Assembly: GCA_965240325.2 (NCBI GenBank)
Contig: OZ251222.1
Span: 930,001 to 994,000, forward strand
Source: Rebecca billardiae RCC1528
Taxonomy: Eukaryota > Protista > Haptophyta
Length of the DNA stretch: 64,000 nucleotides
Direction of reading: 5' to 3'
The notes under the pieces are model-generated. The model had not been told where the DNA came from. It searched no databases and saw only the letters and a list, made by a program, of their open reading frames with translations. This document shows, one piece after another, positions 46,701 to 58,709 of the stretch (the stretch's first letter is position 1; the number at the start of each line of letters is the position of its first letter). The translations under genes and the position numbers were made by a program.

Positions 46701-47755
46701 CGCCATCGCCGCCGCCGCCGTGCGACATCCAAATCCAGGCTCGGCTCGGCTGCGGCGCGGTGCGCACCGGCTCGACGGTTGGCGCGAGCAGCCTGTGGGG
46801 CAACGCCGGCGGCGAGCACTTCTTCGCCTTCTCGTCCGAGGAGGCGGGCGCGGTCTTCGCCAACTCGTGCGGCTCCAGCTTCCAGTCCTTCCTCCGCGTG
46901 TGGGACCGCTGCCCGCACCAGGCCCTGATCGACAGGGCCGGGCCGGGCGGCGCGGCCTGGCACGCGGAGACCGAGATCCAAGAGTGGCGCCGGCGCGGCT
47001 GCGCCGCGCTCAGCTTCGACACGGTCCCGGGCCGCACGTACTACGTGCAGGTGGAGGGCTGGGAGGCGCGCGAGGGCAGCTACCGGCTCGAGCTGAGCTG
47101 CACGCCCACCTCGCCCCCGCCGAGCCCGCCGAGCCCGCCGCCCACGCCGGTCTGGCAGCGCGCGCGCCGCGTGCGCGTGCGTTCCTCACTCACCGTCGAG
47201 GGCGACCTCGCAGACTTCACGCCGGGCACGCCGCTCGGCGACCGCAACATCCTGCGCATCCGCCAGGCGTACGCCGACTCGCTGCCCAAGCCGCTCGAGG
47301 CGGTCCTCTTCGCGGGCGCCACCTCGGGCTCGGTTCGGCTCAGCCTGGACGTGCTTGACGCCGACACGGGCGGCGGCAGCGCGCTCGCCAGCCTCATCGC
47401 CAGCAAGGCGGCCGAGATCCAGGCGGAGGTGCAGACCCAGACGGGGTACACCGTGCTCGCCGCGGCCTCGGTCGACGAGGTGGAGGTCGAGGGCGTGGAG
47501 AGCGGCTCGTCGTCGTCGGGCGGCTCGTCGTCGTCGTCGAGCTCGTCGGGCGATGGCGGCTCGGGCTCGTCCGCCTCCACCGCCACCATCGTCGAGGACG
47601 AGGCCGGCCTCTCCGCGCAGACGGTCGGCGTCATCGTCGGCGTCGTCGTCGGCGTCGTCGTCGGCGTGCCGTGCCTCTGCGCCATCGGCTACTTCCTGCA
47701 CAAGCGCCGGCAGGCGAACAAGGTCGCGCCGGACGCCAACGCCGGCGCCGCCTAG
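43235..47755 (+). CDS. Type I cell-surface protein: signal peptide, seven Cys-bracketed PPC-like beta domains separated by SPPP linkers, C-terminal TM helix
   Basis: MQLRAAALSALVAGASA leader; repeated D(T/S)C.S.(F/Y)DT.L.(L/V)W.GCP…NDD…Y(Y/W)V.VEG…G.Y.L; TM segment VGVIVGVVVGVVVGVPCLCAIGYFL followed by HKRR. Single 4.5-kb ORF. Confidence 0.88.
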
Positions 47756-48175
47756 GCGTCCTAGGCGCCGCGCCGCACACTGCAGCGAGCCGCCGCACGC
47801 CGCACGCTCGCGGCGGCTGCGCGATGCCCCTTCAGGGCAGCGGGCGCTGCGCGCAGACCGCGCCGAGCCCGCCTAAGTCTTATTTATTCCGCATCTGTTT
47901 CGTCCTCCCCTGCCACACCCGCTCGCGCCGCCGCCGCCGCCGCGCACGCTCGCGCCGCAGCGCCAGTGGCCGACGTTGTCATCGATCCACACGGGCGCAC
48001 GCGCCTGCGTGCATGCATGCCGTCGCCGCGCTCCGCGCGCGCCGTCCGTGCCCCGGCCCCGTGCCCCGCCCGGCGTGCCCGGCTGGAGCCAGCGACGCGC
48101 CGGTCCAGGCGATGATCGCACTGCGTCGGCCAAGAGAGCGGCGGACGGCTAATAATTGAACTTTGAATGATAATA

Positions 48176-48431
48176 CTAGATTTCGCAGAGTGAATATATT
48201 GATTATTGAGTGCCATGATGATGAGTCTGACGCGCGAGTCAGCAGAGCAGTAGCAGTACGTCGTCGTCAGATCAGCACGTACATTGTAATCGACATATAT
48301 CCTAGATTTCGGAGTGAATATATTGATTATTGAGTGCCATGATGATCGGTAAGCCGTCTGACGCGCGAGTCAGCAGAGCAGTAGCAGTACGTCGTCGTCA
48401 GATCAGCACGTACATTGTAATCGACATATAT
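48176..48431. repeat. Imperfect tandem duplication of ~127 bp
   Basis: CTAGATTTCG…ATTGTAATCGACATATAT occurs twice. Confidence 0.9.
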
Positions 48432-48669
48432 GGATATATAGTGTCTGACGCGGAGTCGAACAATGGACATTGCGTCGACCCTGCTCACTGCTGCCAGCCG
48501 TGAGCTGCGCGCGCGTTGCCGGTCAGGAGCGCGCCGATTCGTCACACGCACTAGCCGCAGCAGCTTTCATGCGCCCCCCACACACAATAGCGTCATCGTC
48601 CTAGCCGGAGCGCGTCAGTGCGTCAGCTCGAGGCCAGCTCGCGCCCCGCCCTCAGCCGCGGCAGAAGGG

Positions 48670-48990
48670 TGAGTCGAACCAGCGCTCTGCGTCGGCGAGC
48701 AGCGCGCGCAGCTCGGCGGCGAGCGCCTCAGAGCGGCCGTCGCGCTCCGCCTCGAGCGAGCCGACGATGCGGAGGAGCGTGACCTCGAAGCGGCGCGCCT
48801 CGTCGGGCTGCATGTCCGACAGCGTCGCCCACCCGCCTGCCCCAGCGCCTCCCGCGCACGCGTGCTCCAGTGGGAATGATGCGGCGCCCGTCCACCGCGT
48901 GCGCGTGTCCGGCCGCCTGGCGGTTGGCGCGCCGAGCAGGAGTCGTTCGCAGCCACCCCGGCGGCGGAGAGCTCCTGACGCAGCGAGAGC
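48670..48990 (-). pseudogene. Short gene fragment abutting the dispersed 48998-49100 repeat
   Basis: LSDMQPDEARRFEVTLLRIVGSLEAERDGRSEALAAELRALLADAERWFD is protein-like but lacks a full gene. Confidence 0.35.
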
Positions 48991-49099
48991 GCTTCACCTT
49001 TTTAAAATTCCCCTTTATAACGGGCTCCGGGTGATCAGACTGGCGGCCGAAGCCTCCAGCCCTACCCTGGCCAGCCCCCAACCAACCACCACCCTCACC

Positions 49100-51348
49100 C
49101 TACTCGGGCCGGGGGTTTGGTGGTAAGGATTTTCCGAAAAATCGGCGGCCGCTTTTTCGGAAAATCGCGGGACTGTGGCGGACGCGATCCATGCCGCACG
49201 ACGGTGATGGCCGCGCCGGGGGAGGACGCGGGACCGGAGGTGCAAGCAGGCCGCGGCTGCGATTGTTGCGTTGATGGGACGGGCGGCGCGGCGGCCAATG
49301 CGCCGGCCCATGATCCGGGCGATACCCGGATGTCGAGACCGGGGCACAAGTTCCCGAGCGGGTGCCGTAGGAGAATCAGCACCTGCTCACACGTAGCGAG
49401 CATTGCCCTTGGTCTTGTTCGCGCGGGGATCAATCTGGCCCACAGCTTCGCGATGCTGCGCACTGTGGGCCAGGTGATGCAGGCTTTCCAGTTCGCCGAA
49501 CTCAAGAGGACTGCTCGCACTGCCAAGGCTTGGGCCTGTACCGCGGTGGTGCTCGGCGGACCTGATCCAAAGCCACAGCTGTGGTTTGACCTCGCGGGCG
49601 TACATGGTCATGGCAAGACTGTATGGTCGCAAGGCCATCGATGTGAACGTGTGCACGGCACCACTCTGCCATGCTTCAACTCGTCTGGGTCGAGCTGAGG
49701 GCAATCATTCGTGCCCGGAGCATCTGTCAGGCGCGCGTGCATGCATGCGCGCTGCGCGCCGCGCTGCGGCCCGCGGCTACAGCTCCTGTCACCTTAGCAG
49801 ATATCTAATGCTGAGCAACCCTTTGCGCATCCTGTAGTAGGCTGTGACAGGTGGGTCTTTCGCGACTGCGCCCATCGTCATCATGTCGCCGTGATCATCT
49901 GTCAGCAGCTGATCGTCGAGTCGTCTGCAGCTGGTCAGACTGTCCGCCCGTCCGGGCCCGGCCTCAGGCTCAGGCTGCTCTCGATCGGGCTGGCGCCGAG
50001 CTCAAGTGCTAATCTTCGGCTCACACGTAGTCACATATCCGGCGGCGGATGGCAGCAGTGGGAGAAACAAGTCTCACGCGCAGGCTCAGCTGATGGCCGC
50101 CGAGGCCAGCAGCGCGTCAAAATCGTCAGTATAGTAGTACGCGTAGCATCATCGTCAACGGTCAGCGACTACTCATAGTCATACTGCATCCCGTCGACTC
50201 GTCCTCAGCCGCCGGTTGCGCCTAGGAGCGGGCGCAGCGTCGCCCTGGCGACCTCAACTGCAGGCCAATCGCGTCGGGCGGTAGCGGGGGCAGCATGATG
50301 AACGCCAAGTCGACGAGTGCGAGATTTGCCGCTGGCGCCTCGCCCGCCGCTCGCCGCGCAGCACTCTCAGGGATGACTGCCGGCAGCGCGCGCAGCTCTG
50401 AGCTCACCGGCGATCAGCGCGCGCAGCTCATGCGCGCGCGCTGACCGGTGAGCGTGCCCGCGCCCATCGCGCGGACGAGCGCGGCGTAAGCCGAGAGCAG
50501 TGCGGCTCTCCGCACGTACGTGTGCTTCGCCAAGCCCCGCGCGAGCTCGAGCTACACGCCGTGCGCAAGCAGCTCAACCGCATCGCACGCTTGAGATCAC
50601 TACGCGACAGAACGCAGAGGTCGGTGAGGCTTTCAGAGCGGCGCTCACTGAGGCGGCTTGCGCAGGGCGTAGCTCGGCGAAGCGCGACTGGAGATGAATA
50701 TCTGTCCCCGAGACGCAAGCCACGACATGTCTGTCAACTGGGACAGCACACTGAGGGAAGCATCAGCTGCGAGGTCAGGGTGTCTACTGCCAGACATCTG
50801 CCAGTAGAACGCCTCGCACCCCACCTTCGTGCCAGCTGGGCCGAGCAGGTAGCAGCAAGAGTTCGCGCAGTACGGTATGGCAGCGTCCACGAACGGCGAG
50901 AGGGTCGCCCAACCGCCATGTACTTGGATCGACAGCTCGGCGCACGCGCTGAACGATTGGAAATGTACTTCTGCGTGAACGGCAGCTTGCGCGCCTGCTT
51001 GCCCGCGGCAGGAGCAAGCACGACGGCGGCGCACGCAACAAGGAACGTCAGCACGCTCATGGCGAATGTTTGCCGTCCTCCGCCTCGCCGCTCGCATCCG
51101 ATTTGCGGCCGATTCGGCGACGTGCAGATGGGCGGCATGGCGCAGCCTCGCGGCCTGGTGAGCCCTATGAGCGCCCGCTCCCAAGTACCTGTAAGCTATT
51201 CGCACATAGGAGCCGGCTTCATAGGCGACTCGCCTTTGAATAGCAGCTGCCTTCATAGGCGCGCGCTCAAAATAGCGCACGCCGACGAAGCTGAAACAGT
51301 TTGTTAAAGTTACAAACTTCGCTACCGCCGAACCCCCGGCCCGAGTAG
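49100..51348. mobile_element. Non-autonomous TIR element, 2.25 kb
   Basis: CTACTCGGGCCGGGGGTTtGGtGGTA … TACCgCCgAACCCCCGGCCCGAGTAG (26 bp, 2 mismatches); 14-bp-stem palindrome at 49128-49166; no transposase recognised. Confidence 0.75.
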
Positions 51349-51381
51349 AACCTCAAACCACTGCCGAAGCCGGGGAACTTA

Positions 51382-54300
51382 CAGTCAGACCGTCTGAATC
51401 GGCCCCCTCGCTCAGACCAATTCTATGATTTAAAGACACAGGCACGAGGGCGCAGCTCTCCTGATTCGTCTGTCGAAGTACTGAATGGAGTTAATGGAGG
51501 ATGTCGCGGAGCGCGTTGGCCGCGGGTGAGGGAGTCGTCGTAACCGATGCTGATCACACGGTCACTGAGGTAGTAGGCGCCCGGGGATGCCGCTGTTTTG
51601 CAGTCGTCGTCGGCCTTGGTCATCATGTAGTTGCCCGCGTCGTCGTCGTCCGAGGCTGTTCAAGTTGATGCCGTAGTGCGGGTAGTGGATGTGGTCGCCC
51701 GGGCCGGTGTGCGCGGCCTAGTGGCCTTGCCGAGTTGAGGGAGTAGTCGCCCTTGCCGTTGAGGAAGTCGTCGTCCTTGCCGTTGAGGAAGTCGTCGCCC
51801 TGGCCGCAGAGGAAGTCGTCGCCCTTGCCGTTGAGGAAGTCGTCGTCCTGGCCGCTGAGGGTGCCTGCGCTGCCCAACCGGGCGCGTCTGGCGCGCCAGC
51901 GCCGCGCGCGGCTCTACGCCAGCGACGGCGGCACGGCGGCAGCCAGGTCACGGGGGGGGTCGCCGAGGGACGCGGTGCGAGCCTGCTTGGCCGGCTTGGC
52001 GTCGCTCCCGCCAGCGGAGGAGGGCCCATCCTCCTCCGCCGGCGTGGACGGCTCGGTCGCCGCGCGCTTGCCGGCTGCCGCGGCGCCGGGGGGCAGGACC
52101 AGGCGGTAGTTGGACTCCCCGAGCGCCGGCCTGGCCTGTTGCACCTCGGGCCCGTCCGACGGCGCGGCCGCGGTTGGCGGCTGGGGTGGCGGGATGGCAT
52201 CGTCGGAACCCTCCCCCTCGGGCTCCTCCGCCTCCGGGCCGGCGGGGTCCGCCGCCTGTTGGTCGGCCGGCTGAGGAGCAGGGCGGCGCGCAGCGGCGGG
52301 CGGCGCGGGCGGCACCGGTCTGAGCGAGGGCCCGATTCAGACGGTTTTTGGGCCCGCCCCACTGGCGAGCGCGCTGCGGGACGCACCTCGCACTGGGGGC
52401 GGTGCACACTGCACTCACGGCGCGCCGCGATGTGTTCGGGCGGTGGATGGGGCTGAATCGGCCGAGAGTGACGGTGCGATCGGCCGCGATGCGTCTGCCA
52501 TCACCCAGTGAGCTCGCGCGGTGCCAGCTCGCCCTTCGCTTCGTCGCCACTCGCAATCGCACCAGTCGCGCGCGTCCATGGCTTGCCTTTCGCGCGCTGT
52601 GTTCTCGCGCAGTGTGTGCTTGGCAGCAGGGTGCTCGTGGCCGGTGGTTGCCGTCGCAGAGGATCGGAATGTGCGCAGCTACGCTACATCCCAGACACCA
52701 TGTGCCCGTCCTCGTCGAGCGTTGGAGAGACACGCGTGTCGCGCATGCGCTCGCGGAAGCAGGCTGCACAGCGGCGCGCGGGCGTGGCTGCGCGCGCATG
52801 ACAAGGTGCACCACACAGCTGCCCCCGCCATGAGCACCAGCTGTGTACGCACCTCTTCCGTGTTGTCTGCTCCGCCAGGCCGCCACGGTGCGGAGACTGC
52901 GCGCGTGAGACACCGACAGTCAGCGGCCACGGCGCACACAGGTCACTGGCACATGCCATGGCGTGCAGCAGCTGATGCAGCCGTTGCTGCAGCTTCGATT
53001 GATGAAACAGCAGCAGCGCCGGTGGCAGTCACCCCAATCGCTGCCACTGGCACACCCGCACTCGCCAACAGCACTCGCAGCCCTTGCACCTCCGGCAGCT
53101 GTGGCACGATGCTCGGCTGAGCGGCAGCAATAGGCACCGTCGTCCGAGCAGCCGCGCGCGCAGCTCCTTCGGGGGCGCGCTGTCGCGGGAGTGCTGCTCC
53201 AAGGATCAGCAGCTGCTGCAGATGTTGCGGCTGAGACAGCAACTGCTGTTGCTCGTGTTGGCAGCCTCAACGCAGCCGTACTAGCGTTATGAGGGGAGAT
53301 GACTTGTGGAATGGGAATTGCTGCAGCCACTTTGAACTTTTTTTATTCCGCCACCGCCATTTGTTTTTATTAAATGCAGCTTGCAGCAGAGTCCGAGACT
53401 TAGCCTGTCAGAAGCTGTGCAGCAGGGCTCAACTCGTCACATACAGCATCGGCGCTCGGAGCCTCGGGAGTTTGCAAGAACTGGGCGTGGTGGGCGTGTC
53501 CCGCGCGGCGCGCAGAGCAGCGCTGTACGTGGGCGAGACAGCCGCTTCCGCGTCTCGCACTTCGGCGGCGGTGCCGAGGGCGGAGGCCGCCCGCCGCGCG
53601 CCTGACGGCAGCGCCTCAAGCAGCGCCGTCCCATGCGCATGCGGACGGGTGCGGCAATGGCGATGGGTTTCGCAACGTGCACAGCGTCAGAAGCTCGGCA
53701 CCTGATCCGCCCAGCTGCAGCAATAGCACCATCGGTCCAGCGCCTGGCGCTCAGTGGGCGGCGTGTCGGGCGGATGCAGATGCACTTGCCGTCTGAATCA
53801 GGACGCCGGGCATGCGTGCCGAAGCAGTTCGCGCCAGCGCGCGCACTCGCAGAGTGAGAACGGCCGCCCTGCCGGCCGGAGGCCAATGCACTCGCCTGGC
53901 GGCTGCCGGCGCACGGTAGACCAGGTCAAACGTAAGCACCCGAAACCACCACGGCGGTGGTGACCGAGAGTACGACCACGGGCGGTGGCGCGGCCGATGT
54001 CGCGAGCGTGAGCGCAAGCGTGGCCGTGAGCAAGGCGAGCAGCGTGAGCGATGCGCGGAGCGATCGCGCCCGCCCTTCCGACGAGGAACGAGGGCTTTAT
54101 TGCGCGAGGAGTCCCCAGCGGTAGGTGGCAGCGATGTCGCGCCATCGCTGAGCGCACCGACGGTGCCAGCCGGTCGACGTGGCCATCGCCTCCGAGAGAA
54201 AGCTGTGAGCCAGATTGCTGCCGCACGCAACCGTGTCAGCTGTGGCCGCTGACTGTCGGTGTCTGACGCGCGCAGTCTCCGCACCGTGGCGGCCTGGCGG

Positions 54301-54891
54301 AGCAGACAACACGGAAGAGGTGCGTGCACAGCTGGTGCTCATGGCGGGGGCAGCTGGGTGGTGCACCTTGTCATGCGCGCGCAGCCACGCCCGCGCGCCG
54401 CTGTGCAGCCTGCTTCCGCGAGCGCATGCGCGACACGCGTGTCTCTCCAACACTCGACGAGGACGGGCACATGGTGTCTGGGATGTAGCGTAGCTGCGCA
54501 CATTCCGATCCTCTGCGACGGCAACCACCGGCCACGAGCACCCTGCTGCCAAGCACACACTGCGCGAGAACACAGCGCGCGAAAGGCAAGCCATGGACGC
54601 GCGCGACTGGTGCGATTGCAAGTGGCGACGAAGCGAAGGGCGAGCTGGCACCGCACGAGCTCACTGGGTGATGGCAGACGCATCGCGGCCGATCGCACCG
54701 TCACTCTCGGCCGATTCAGCCCCATCCACCGCCCGAACACATCGCGGCGCGCCGTGAGTGCAGTGTGCACCGCCCCCAGTGCGAGGTGCGTCCGCAGCGC
54801 GCTCGCCAGTGGGGCGGGCCCAAAAACCGTCTGAATCGGGCCCTCGCTCAGACCGGTCTGAGCGAGGGGGCCGATTCAGACGGTCTGACTG
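51382..54891. mobile_element. Tc1/mariner/pogo-like non-autonomous element, 3.5 kb, with internal 617-bp inverted repeats
   Basis: Perfect 37-bp TIR CAGTCAGACCGTCTGAATCGGCCCCCTCGCTCAGACC with TA on both flanks; internal arms at 52314-52930 and 54242-54857. Confidence 0.88.
51741..51860 (-). repeat. 24-bp tandem repeat x5 (octapeptide G[KQ][GD]DDFL[NC])
   Basis: Seen directly in the sequence. Confidence 0.9.
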
Positions 54892-54957
54892 TAATACCCT
54901 CCAATCGATTAGAACTCCCGGTCAGCACGCCCGGACTACCGTGAACGTTGTCCGAAA

Positions 54958-56620
54958 TGGCGCCAAAGGTATCCGGCGACGGGCGCGGCCGTGGACGCGG
55001 CGCTCCGCCGCGGCGCGGCAAGTCCGCCCCGCGCGCACGAGCTTCCGAGGCGCCATGACCCCTATGAAGTGTGCCCGCCCGGTTACAACGACGAGAACGG
55101 CTTTCTCAACGGTGGCAACACCTACGATGTCTCGCGCGAGGACCTGACCGTTGCGGAAGGCAGACGACGACCCTGTCGTTGAAGGTCACGACGTCGATCG
55201 GGCCATAGAGGAGGAGGAAGAGGATGTGAATGAAGCCATGCCAATGAGCAGCTCTACCGGCCTTGGTCGACCGCAGCAACCGCAGCCGCCGCAGCCGCAG
55301 CACACCAGCGATAGTGGGAGCAGCTGTTGGGCAAGTCGGAGGGCGGCGTGGACGGGGCTGTCTTCGCGTCCGTCGAGGTTGACCTTAGCAACCCTTCGCG
55401 GCTACGCGAGGCGCGTGTGATCGGTTTGTCCATGTCAGTGATGGACGCGATGGGCAAAGTGCTCCGCGAGCAGGAGTGGCTGTGCTCCTTTCACTTGCCG
55501 GAGATCATCCCTCCGGCTGGCACGCCCATGCGGCTGAGCTCAGCGGCAAACTGCCGTCGGACGACACGCTGCCCGAGGTACTGGATGCCATCGAGCGTGC
55601 CTGGAGCCACACCTCTCCGAAGCCGGCGCTCCTCCTCACTGCGTCAGCAACACACTCCCCGCGCTCGAGACCGCGTGCGCGTGCCCACGCGTGCCATGGT
55701 CTGCCTGCATCGTCTGCGACACTGACCCCAAGAAGATGTGGGGCGTCGCAGGCACCGCCATCAGGGCGTATGCCAAGAACAACAGTGGTCGACAGCGCCC
55801 GAGCAAGGATCTCGTCTTCATTCACTCGTGCGTCGACGTCCTCGGCACGAGGCGGGCGGAGTGTTGTGACGATCGATTCCGGCGGGCTGGGCAAGCAGCG
55901 CAGTCGCGCTTCACCCGCGGCCAATCCGCGCTCGAGATCCTGGGAGGTCCCGCGCCGAGCCGCCTGGCAAGCGCGAGAGACGCGTGGCTGATCGTGTTGG
56001 ACGAGGATGTGTGGCTGCAATCAGCGAGTTGGCGCATGCCTAAGCTCACGGACATGCCAGCGCCAGCCGAAGCGCCGCCCGAGCTTGAGCCTGCACAGCC
56101 GATGCAGGCAGGCGGCTGCGGCCACAGAGCTGTGGCCGTGGCCGCGGCTGCGGCCGCGGCGCAGCAGCAGGGCGCGTGACGCCCGCCGCGGGCGCCCCCC
56201 GGGCGGGCGCCGCGTGTGGGTGCGAGCCGCCTATGTAGCAGTGGAGGATGCGCAGCAGGGCGCGCCGAGCGCGCCGCGCCTGAGCGCTCCTCGCGGGAAG
56301 GAGCCTGACATCGATGCTCGCGGATCGCGCAGCACAGCCCGCGCAGTGTTACCTGGCGGTGGCTGAGACGCTCCTCGACGGCAAGGGCGACCCGCTCCTC
56401 TCAAAGTCTCAAAGAGCGACTGCATGCAGTGCGACACAGACGCCAAGAAGATGAGCACCCCATGCGGCAGCGTCTTGCGCAAGCGCATTCGGATGCCGGA
56501 CTACCACCCCGAGGATCCGGGCGGCAAGGTGAGGCAGACGATCTGCGCGTGCGCCGGATGCACACCCCTGTGCGCCATGTACGTGCCACACGAACACGTC
56601 CATCTCAGGTGCGCCGTGAG
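54958..56620 (+). pseudogene. Degenerate, internally deleted transposase-like ORF with an acidic N-terminus and Cys-rich zinc-ribbon-like ends (possibly piggyBac-like)
   Basis: EEEEEDVNE tract; CIVCDTDPKKM (~55706) and CMQCDTDAKKM…KVRQTICACAGCTPLC (~56420); multiple frameshifts and stops; no DDD/E core seen. Confidence 0.4.
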
Positions 56621-56866
56621 CAGCGCTGCCGGCGCCGGTGGATGGAGCTTGATGTTCAGTGCGGACGCACTACCGCGAGGGAGGCGGCGGGGCCGCGTAA
56701 GCCAGGCTGAGTCAGAACAGCGGCCGCTATCGGCGGTTGCACAGTCGCCTCAGCGGCGCGGCGCTACCAACTGTCGTTCCCGTGCCCGCATACAAAAAAT
56801 CGTTACATGTCCTAGGCCCGCCGAAAAAAAAGAAACGGCATCGCCGGGCGCGAAAAGCGCGCGAAG

Positions 56867-58709
56867 ATGGCGGCCACCCTCGTCGATTCGCGGGCGCCTG
56901 GATCGGACTCGGATCCGGAGGACGGATCCGAGCCTGCAATGAGCGGAGGGGGAGATCCAGGCTGCCGAAGCAGGCAAGCAGCCAACGAAACTCATGGCGG
57001 CGGCCTCGTGCTAACCTCGTCGAAGGCGGAGATGCAGCGCGTGACCGTGGCGCTGCTGGTCGCCCTCGAGGTGTTGGCCCTCTCAACGGTGCGCCAGCAT
57101 GCGCGACTTTGGCGCCACCAGCCATGGTTGCGCCTGACCTGGATCTCCCCCTTCTCATTGCGCCACCGCCGCGCCCACAGGCACTCGCATGGTACTTTCA
57201 CCGACCGATCCGCGTTGTCGACATCTCCGCAGATGCTCCTCCGTCCGACGCAAGCCAAAGCGATGGCGGATCGCCGCCGCGCAGTGCGAGTGCCGTCGAG
57301 CCCCCTTCTGGAACCGACGCTCCCCTCACGACGGCGTCTCCAGCACTGCGCGCACAGAACCGCTCGGAGGCTGCGCCTGCGCCTGTCGTGCCCAGGCGCG
57401 CGATGAACCCGATGGCGCCCTGGCTGCAGGGGCCGCCGGTCCCCGGGGCCATACTGGTCGATCGCCATCTGCACAAAAATGGCGGCAGCACCATGCGCGA
57501 GATCCTGCTGGCGAACGAGCGCGCCGGCGTGTGCCAGTACTGGGGATACTGGCAGACCCATCCGGGCTGGAACCGGGTGTACACCGAGCTGAGCAAGGAG
57601 CTCGTCAACCGCTCCGCGGCAGGCGAGCCAGCCAAGCTGCCGTGGCTGTGCATGGAGGCACGCGCCCGACGCGCTCGACGCGCGCGCGCGCGCCCGCCTG
57701 TCCATCGCGCCCTCGCCCATCACCGCCCGCGCGCGCCCGCCCTGCTCGCCCGCGCGCGCCGTGGCGGGCGCAGGCGCACGCCTCTGGCACGACCGACTAC
57801 TTCATGCATTCCATGCTCGGCGATCTGCTCAGGCTGCGCGCCGGGTTCGCAGCGAAGAGCGTGCCTGTGCGCGTGTTCCTCGTGGCCAGGGTGCGAGAGC
57901 CCCTGTCTTACTACCTCTCGTTCTACAAGTGGAAAATCGCCGGGTTGCAGCGGCAGCACCCAGGCAACGCGAACACCGGCCGGCGAGCGCCGTACGGCCG
58001 AAACTTCACGCAGTGGGCGCCGCACAACCTGCAGGCGAGCGGGCTGCTGTTCGGCGACATTGACGCCTTCGCCGGGCCGATCTTCGACCCGCGGCGGCGG
58101 AGGGCCCAGCAGTTCGGCTCCAAGCAGATGGAGCGGCTGACGGAGCACCTGCGCGCGTTCGACGTCGTGGCGCCCATCGAGTACTTTGACGAGCACCTCC
58201 TGCTGATCAGCGACAGCCTTGGGCTGCCCAAGCTCGCGTACAAGGTCACGTCGCCCATGCAGATTGGCATCCCGCGCGACCAGAAGCTCAGCGACGCAGA
58301 CGTGTGCCCCGACGTGGCGTTGTGCAGGCAGCACATTGCGCGCATCGCGCCATGGGACCACAAGCTTTACGAGCAAGTGCGCTCGGCCTTTCGAATGCGC
58401 ATCCGCGGCATGCCGCGAGCCTTTCACGTGCGGCTGGCGCTCTTCCGCTCGGCAAACCGCCAGCACGCGTCAGCACCAGGCAAAGTGAACAAGCCGGGAA
58501 AGAACGACTGCTGCGCGCGCGTGACGAAGTGCCTCGAGAAGAAGGAGTGGAAGTGGCTCGAGCAACCACCTGCGTGCGTGCCTGGCTGGAGCAAGCTGAA
58601 GGAGCTGGTCATCAGCGACCGTGGCGGCACCTGCTGCACGACGCCGCCAGCGCGGCACAGCGCTCGTGCCCGTGGCCGGCGTTTCCGCCGCCGTTTGTCA
58701 TTCACGTGA
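56867..58709 (+). CDS. Membrane-anchored sulfotransferase; exons 56867-57088, 57181-57657, 57774-58709 (start uncertain)
   Basis: TM anchor, 5'-PSB motif HLHKNGGST and 3'-PB motif REPLSYYLSFY. One GT-AG intron (92 nt) and one GC-AG intron (116 nt) restore the frame. Confidence 0.82.

Noticed and set aside
55691-56620. Fanzor/TnpB nuclease suggested by CxxC motifs near transposon ends
   Set aside because: No RuvC motifs are recognisable, and the Cys spacing fits a transposase C-terminal zinc ribbon better.
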